Part shown: positions 53,995 through 64,000 of the stretch, one piece after another
Layout of the letters: each line of letters opens with the position of its first letter
Numbering within the stretch: position 1 is the stretch's first letter
Origin: Squalus acanthias
Taxonomy: Eukaryota
Reading direction: 5' to 3'
Assembly (NCBI GenBank): GCA_030390025.1
Contig: CM059438.1
Coordinates: forward strand, 55,864,001-55,928,000
Length of the DNA stretch: 64,000 nucleotides
The notes under the pieces: generated by a model
What the model saw: only the letters and a program-made list of their open reading frames with translations
What the model was told of the DNA's origin: nothing
Databases searched by the model: none
Position numbers and translations under genes: made by a program

Positions 53995-54233
53995 CAGGGC
54001 TGGCCTATAGGATTAGGGCAGGGCTGGCCCGTGGGATTAGGGCAGGGCTGGCCCGTGGGATTAGGGCAGGGCTGGCCCATGGGATTAGGGCAGGGCTGGC
54101 CCATGGGATTAGGGCAGGGCTGGCCCATGGGATTAGGGCAGGGCTGGCCCATGGGATTGGGGCAGGGCTGGCCCATGGGATTAGGGCAGGGCTGGCCCAT
54201 GGGATTAGGGCAGGGCTGGCCCATGGGATTAGG
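53995..54233. repeat. 24-bp tandem repeat GGGATTAGGGCAGGGCTGGCCCAT, ~10 copies
   Basis: Direct, nearly perfect tandem repetition. Confidence 0.97.
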
Positions 54234-54957
54234 ACACTCTTTGTCTGGAGGATAAACACCAACATGGACTGGTTGGGCCGAACATCCAGTTTCCATGTTG
54301 TAATTTCTGTGTAAAAAAAGTTAAAACTCTCTCTCTGTGTTTTGTCCGAATGCCCTCCTGCCAATGGTCCGTGTGTGGATTCACACATGAAGAATGGTCC
54401 TTGGGGGTGAGGTGTAGATACCTGCCCACACCCATGGGAATGGACTCCAGCAAGAGTCAGCACACTGATAAGAGGAGGGGCGGAAACTGGAGAGGAAACG
54501 AAGAGTTACCACTGGCTGGTAGTGCAGGCAGAGACTTGGACGCAGCAGTCAGCACGCACCATCCATGGGGCTGACAATGTTCTGGTAACTCATTCCATTT
54601 GAATTAATTGCAATGAGCAGGAAGTCAGGAGTTCTGGAAACTGGGCACAACGACCTGCGATTCTGGAATCTGTTTTGAGGAGACTAAACTCACCAAATTT
54701 ATCCTTTGTCAACTGACACTGGGTTGCCAGTTCCATCAGATGTCTGCCAATTGAAGGCAGCCAATTGAAGGCTTGATTGGGGCCCCAGAATGGACTTTCC
54801 CATCAGTAAATAATCCACGCTCTTTGGCCTTTGACTTTGAATGGAATACTAATCCTCTCCTTTTGGACAGAAACTCACCAATAAGAACCAAAATAATTCT
54901 ACAGCTAAAGCCACAACAGAGAGCGAGTTTACAGCAAATAAGCTGTAATTTAGCACC

Positions 54958-55215
54958 AACAACAACAGCAACAACTTGCATTTATAGAGCGTCTTTAACG
55001 TAGTGAAACGTCCCAAGGTGCTTCACAGGAGCGATTATCAAACAAAATTTGACCCCGAGCCCCACAAGGAGATATCAGGACAGGTGAAAGAGAGAGGTTT
55101 TAAGGAGCGTCTTAAAGGAGGAAGGTGAGGCGGAGAGGTTTAGGGTGTGAATTCCAGAGCTTAGGCAGCTGAAGGCACGGCCACCAATAGTGGAGCGATG
55201 GAAATCGGGGAGGCT
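54958..55215 (-). mobile_element. L2-clade LINE 3'-end fragment
   Basis: Minus strand ends ...cttgggacgtttcactacgttaaagacgctctataaatgcaagttgttgctgttgtt, an L2-type tail with a (GTT)n end. Confidence 0.65.
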
Positions 55216-55456
55216 CCCTTGTCAGTTTGAATAAATCCTGCGTACACACAAACTCATTTTAGAGTCATCGTTTAACCTGGAGCACGTTTAAACAAAAGCG
55301 TGTTCATCCCTTTCTAATATCCTGCCCTCCCTTCTCCCTGGGCTGTGGTCTCACAGGCAACAGGCACCTTCTGACCTGGGGTCCCAGTAACAGTGACTGT
55401 GAAGCTGCATTACAACAGTGACCATCCTTCAAAAGAACTTCATTGGCTGTAAAGCA

Positions 55457-55650
55457 TATGGTAACACAATACAGCTTCCTGTGACTTGAACTTTATTACA
55501 TCACTTCCTGTGATTAGTCCAGGATAAATACTGGGCTGATCAGTTGGATCCTGGAGAGGCATAGAGTAAGACCTCTTTTGTATGTAGCACCTTTTTAGTT
55601 GATTAAAGCTTACTTTAAGTTCACCACGCGTAAGGCTCATTCTTACGACA
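55457..55650 (+). repeat. 5' LTR
   Basis: tatggtaac...ttacgaca; the terminal TG reads TA compared with the 3' LTR. Confidence 0.97.
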
Positions 55651-55651
55651 A

Positions 55652-55662
55652 TTTAATCAACT
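55652..55662 (+). promoter_or_regulatory. Putative self-priming primer-binding site
   Basis: tttaatcaact is the exact reverse complement of LTR 55597-55607 agttgattaaa. No TGG tRNA-type PBS next to the LTR. Confidence 0.7.
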
Positions 55663-55728
55663 TTGGAAAACTTCGCACTCAAACTTTTTGGACGAACTCG
55701 GAACTAAGGATCCAGGGAATCACCCATC

Positions 55729-58700
55729 ATGGAAAACATCCTTAAACCATCGCGTCTTGACTTGGACCCAAACACCCCAGCAGCCGGTAAGGTGTGGAAA
55801 CACTGGTATCGCACGTTTGACAATTTTCTCGAATATTGCAAGGCTGATGATGACTCAAAATTGCGGATACTCATCAACTGTGTCACCCCGAATGTATTTC
55901 AGTATGTCGAGGAATGGGGCAGTTACGAGGAGGCAATTCGGACGCTTAAAAGACTATATACTAAGACACCGAATGAGGTCTATGCCAGACATCTACTAGC
56001 TACAGCCCAACAAGGGCCGGAGGAATCCATTGATAAATTCCTCCAAGAGCTTCGCAGACTTAGTATGGACTGTAACTTTCAGGTGACCTCAGCTGAGCTG
56101 TACCGTGAAGAAATGATCCGTGATGCTTTCATCTGCGGGCTTGCCTCCCCATTTATACGCCAGCGTCTACTGGAAAGTAAGACACTTGAGCTTCAGAGAG
56201 CTTATGACATGGCTTGCTCTCTAGATCTGGCAAAAAGAAATGCAGACCTTTATACAGTGCCCAGACCTCGGTCTGCTGCCTTAACTACAGTCAGGCAATT
56301 TAAGAGGCCACAGGTGAACTCTATTAGGGAGGACTTTATCCCTGACGATCAATCTGATGACTTCACTGATGAAGAGGATGATGACCCCACTGTGGCAGCC
56401 TCTTGGCAATCTAAGAAATGCTTCTTTTGTGGTGATGAGTTTCACCCTCGGAAATTCTGCCCTGCTCGCAATGCGTTTTGCAGTCATTGCAACAAAAAGG
56501 GTCATTTTGCAAAGGTTTGCCTATCAAGAGCCTCTACGAGGGCTTATCAAGCTAAGTCCTACCGAACTGCCCCGGTAAGGGCCTATCAAGATGTTCCGGC
56601 TAAAATCTATCGTGCTTCCTCTCGGGTTTTCTCTCGAAGAAACACACCTAGAGTTTCAGCCACTCTTTGTGCAACGACACCAATTACAGCTGCTTGTCCT
56701 CAGAACCTATTCCATGCAGCTACAAAAGCATCAATTAATGGACATACTTTAGATGCCTTAATTGACTCAGGTAGCACTGATAGTTTCATTAGGGAACAGA
56801 TTGTTGCAGAGTTAAAGCTACATGTTTTCCCATCGGACCAGGCAATTGCGATGGCTCAGTCATCACTTAATACCAGAATTTCTGGCTTTTGTATGGTTGA
56901 AATAACACTTAATGGTCACAGGTATCCCTCCACCCGGCTTTCGGTGCTCAAGGACTTATGTAGTGATCTTATCTTAGGGCTAGATTTTCAAAAGCAGCAT
57001 AAGAAGCTCACCATTGAGTTCGGCGGATCCAAACCTGAACTCACTATTTCTAATATACGACCTCGATTACCGTTCTGTGCATTGTCAGCAGCTTCACTGG
57101 ATGAACCCTCACTGTTTACCAGTATCCCTCCTCGATGCAAACCGATTATAACAAAGTCACGACGTTTCAGTCAGGAAGACCAGTCTTTTATTGCGGCTGA
57201 GATTTCTCGGCTTTTAGCAGAGGATATCATCGAGCCTTGTTCGTCGCCATGGCGCGCCCAGGTCGTTATTGTTAAGAACCCTCTACAACCTCACAAGAAA
57301 CGGCTGTGCATTGACTATTCACAGACCATCAATCAATATACGGACTTGGACGCATACCCATTGCCGCGCATCGATGATATGGTTAATAAACTGGCTGAGT
57401 ACACGGTGTTCTCAACATATGATCTGAAAAGTGCCTATCATCAGGTACCCTTGAAGGTCTCAGACAAGCAGTATACGGCCTTTGAAGCCAATGGACGGCT
57501 GTATCAATTTCGTCGCCTCCCCTTTGGGGTCACTAATGGAGTGGCTGTCTTCCAGCGAGCAATGGATGACCTGGTCAAACAGGAAGACTTAAAGGATACG
57601 TTTCCTTATCTGGACAATATTACTGTCGCAGGTCGCAATCAGCGGGAACATGACGCCAATCTCCAACGATTTTGGGATGCACTCCAGCACCGTAATTTGA
57701 CATTAAATGTGGCTAAATCCATTGAGTCACAACCAACCATCAACATCCTTGGCTATTGTGTGGGCAATGGCATCATTAAACCTGACCCTGAAAGGCTTCG
57801 CCCACTCCAAGAACTCCCGCCACCTAAGAATCCGGCCTCCTTGCGCCGGGCCCTCGGCCTGTTTGCATACTATGCTAAATGGATTCCTAACTTCTCGGAC
57901 CGAATCCAACCTCTACTGAAGGCCAGCACATTCCCACTAGACACAGCGGCTGTTGCAGCCTTTAACCTCCTGAAAAAACAGTTGGAGAAAGCGGCTCTTC
58001 ACTCCATCGATGAGAGTCTTCCTTTTGTTGTTGAGTGTGATGCCTCGGAGGTGGCGATCTCGGCCACTCTGAATCAGGAAGGTCGTCCGGTGGCATTTTT
58101 GTCCAGGACTTTTCAAGGGGCTGAGCTACATTATCCTCCAGTCGAGAAAGAAGCTACAGCCATCATAGAGGCAGTACGGAAGTGGACTCATCTCCTAGCT
58201 CACCAGCACTTTACCTTAATCACGGACCAGCGATCGGTCGCCTTCATGCTCGATAATCGAAAACGGACCAAAATTAAAAATAATAAAATCCAGCTTTGGC
58301 GGCTGGAATTGGCCTCTTTTGGTTACACCATCCACTATCGACCTGGCAAGGAGAATGTGGCTCCGGATACCCTCACACGAGCATTCTGCTCCGCCATGGC
58401 ACCCTCTACGCTCGTAGACATCCATGATGGGTTGTGTCATCCGGACGTTACTCGCATGCTACATTTCGTGCGGTCCTGAAATCTCCCATTCTCTACCGGG
58501 GATGTAAAGAAGATGTGCTCGGACTGCAGAGTCTGTGCGGAATTGAAACCTCAGTTTTTCCGCCCCTCGGGTGGTATACTCATACATGCGACCCAGCCAA
58601 TGCAACGGCTTAGCATCGATTTTAAGGGGCCGTTGCCCTCTTCAACTCGCAACACTTATCTATTGACCATGGTCGATGAGTATTCCCGTTTTCCGTTTGC

Positions 58701-59679
58701 CTTTCCCTGCCCCAATATGCTGACGACCACGGTTATCAGCTGCCTTGAGCAGGTATTTGCTTTCTGTGGCATGGCATCCTATGTTCATTCGGATCGGGGC
58801 CCTTCTTTTATGTCAGGAGAACTCAAGGCCTATCTCTCGGAATGGGGTATTGCTGCCAGCAGAACGACGCCTTATCATCCGGTCGGGAATGGGCAAGTCG
58901 AGCATTTTAACGCTATCATCTGGAATGCGGTACGTCTGGCTTTGAGATCTCGGGGCCTACCCAACCAGCAATGGGAAGCAGTACTTCCAGACGCATTACA
59001 CTCCACACGGTCCCTCCTTTCGACCGCCACAAATACGACGCCTCATGAACGGTTCTTCCGATTTCAGCGTCGCTCATCCTATGGGATATCTCTCCCGTCG
59101 TGGCTGACTGCACCGGGACCAGTGCTACTCCGAAGATATGTTCGGGCGTCTAAGAATGACCCCCTGGTAGATGAGGTTGAGCTCACTGACGTCAACCCTA
59201 CCTACGCCTATATTCGGTATCCTGACGGTCGGGAATCTACCGTGTCATTGCGGGATCTGGCTCCCTGCCCGCCGAAACATAGAGGGACACCAGGAGATGA
59301 TATTGTACCAGGCACATCTCTGGGCTCGTCAGGTGCCTCTCATCACGATCTGGATCTGACGCCGGCTGGTACCTCACTCCAGCGTGCTGACCTGGGGCAG
59401 ACTGACTATGAGCCCGTCGGGGCTCGCATGCGCAGCCACGATCCACCCCGTACCATACGCTCGGAAACGGATCTGCCACAGCCCTGCCCGACACCCGTTC
59501 GGGCACCAGTACACAGTCAGGATCGTCCTGACCCCTCACAGAGCGGGCTGGATCACTCGGACTCTGGTCCACGGCCCGCGGCGGGTAAATGGGCTAGGGG
59601 CCCTCTACCGCTACGAGAACCCAAACGGGTGCTGCTCTCCCTCGTCCAGCGGCTACGAAATGGAGGGAGAATGTGGTAA
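55729..59679 (+). pseudogene. Gypsy gag-pol polyprotein in a single frame with one premature TGA (58477-58479)
   Basis: Knuckles CFFCGDEFHPRKFC and CSHCNKKGHFAKVC; protease LIDSGS; RT RLCIDY, YDLKSAYHQV, LPFGVTNG, YLDN; RNase H ECDAS, EKEATAI, TDQRS; integrase HHCC (H..LCH...C..C) and D,D,E (SIDF, HSDRG, GQVE). ORFs 55729-58479 and 58513-59679 are in the same frame. Confidence 0.95.
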
Positions 59680-59742
59680 CACAATACAGCTTCCTGTGAC
59701 TCGAACTTCATCCCGGCCTCCTAATCTTTTGGGGGGGGAGAA

Positions 59743-59936
59743 TGTGGTAACACAATACAGCTTCCTGTGACTTGAACTTTATTACATCACTTCCTGTGAT
59801 TAGTCCAGGATAAATACTGGGCTGATCAGTTGGATCCTGGAGAGGCATAGAGTAAGACCTCTTTTGTATGTAGCACCTTTTTAGTTGATTAAAGCTTACT
59901 TTAAGTTCACCACGCGTAAGGCTCATTCTTACGACA
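59743..59936 (+). repeat. 3' LTR
   Basis: tgtggtaac...ttacgaca, preceded by the PPT and followed by the TSD. Confidence 0.97.
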
Positions 59937-60031
59937 AAGCACTTTGGGACGTCCTGAGGTCATGAAAGGTGCTGTCGAAATGCAAGTCTTTCGTTCTCTC
60001 TTTAACTCAGCACCGACCAGGAATCAAACTT

Positions 60032-64000
<3,969 letters not shown>

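Larger units (their letters stand above)
55457..59936 (+). mobile_element. Full-length Ty3/Gypsy LTR retrotransposon (two CCHC knuckles, probably Mag-like), 4480 bp
   Basis: 194-bp LTRs differing at one visible base, TSD aagca (55452-55456 / 59937-59941), PPT ggggggggagaa (59731-59742), domain order gag-PR-RT-RH-IN. Confidence 0.97.
55407..59998 (+). mobile_element. L2-tailed SINE 3' fragment split by the Gypsy insertion (55407-55456 and 59942-59998)
   Basis: Removing the Gypsy element and one TSD restores ...cttcattggctgtaaagcactttgggacgtcctgaggtcatgaaaggtgctg..aaatgcaagtctttc, matching the unsplit copy at 13333-13432. Confidence 0.8.

Noticed and set aside
53995..54233. Interstitial telomeric array
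   Set aside because: Only one TTAGGG per 24-bp unit and never in tandem.

Overview
Eukaryotic, not prokaryotic, DNA. It is most likely a cartilaginous-fish (shark/ray) genome, judged from an HE1-like V-SINE and the CR1/Harbinger repeats. About 40 of the 64 kb are tandem repeats: C-rich minisatellites at 4.2-8.5 kb, 17.8-27.2 kb and 27.4-48.2 kb (the last two separated by a 200-N scaffold gap), and G-rich arrays at 50.1-52.0 kb, 54.0 kb and 60-64 kb. The rest is nested transposable elements: (i) two decayed PIF/Harbinger DNA transposons carrying a HARBI1-like transposase and a spliced Myb/SANT gene; (ii) a 5'-truncated CR1 LINE with an open EN-RT ORF2, inserted in an intron of the second Harbinger; (iii) further CR1/L2 fragments; (iv) a near-intact Gypsy LTR retrotransposon (194-bp LTRs, 5-bp TSD) inserted in a SINE tail; (v) a full-length V-SINE. 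No host gene is confidently identified; there is one candidate exon. The giant ORFs in the track are satellite artefacts. The most interesting signals are two. First, the Gypsy element has no tRNA primer site but an exact 11-nt complement of its own LTR (Tf1-like self-priming), plus a YLDN RT motif. Second, the CR1 LINE has a U_UUA_AAC slippery heptamer at the ORF1 stop with an AUG-less ORF2 in the -1 frame (candidate programmed -1 frameshift).
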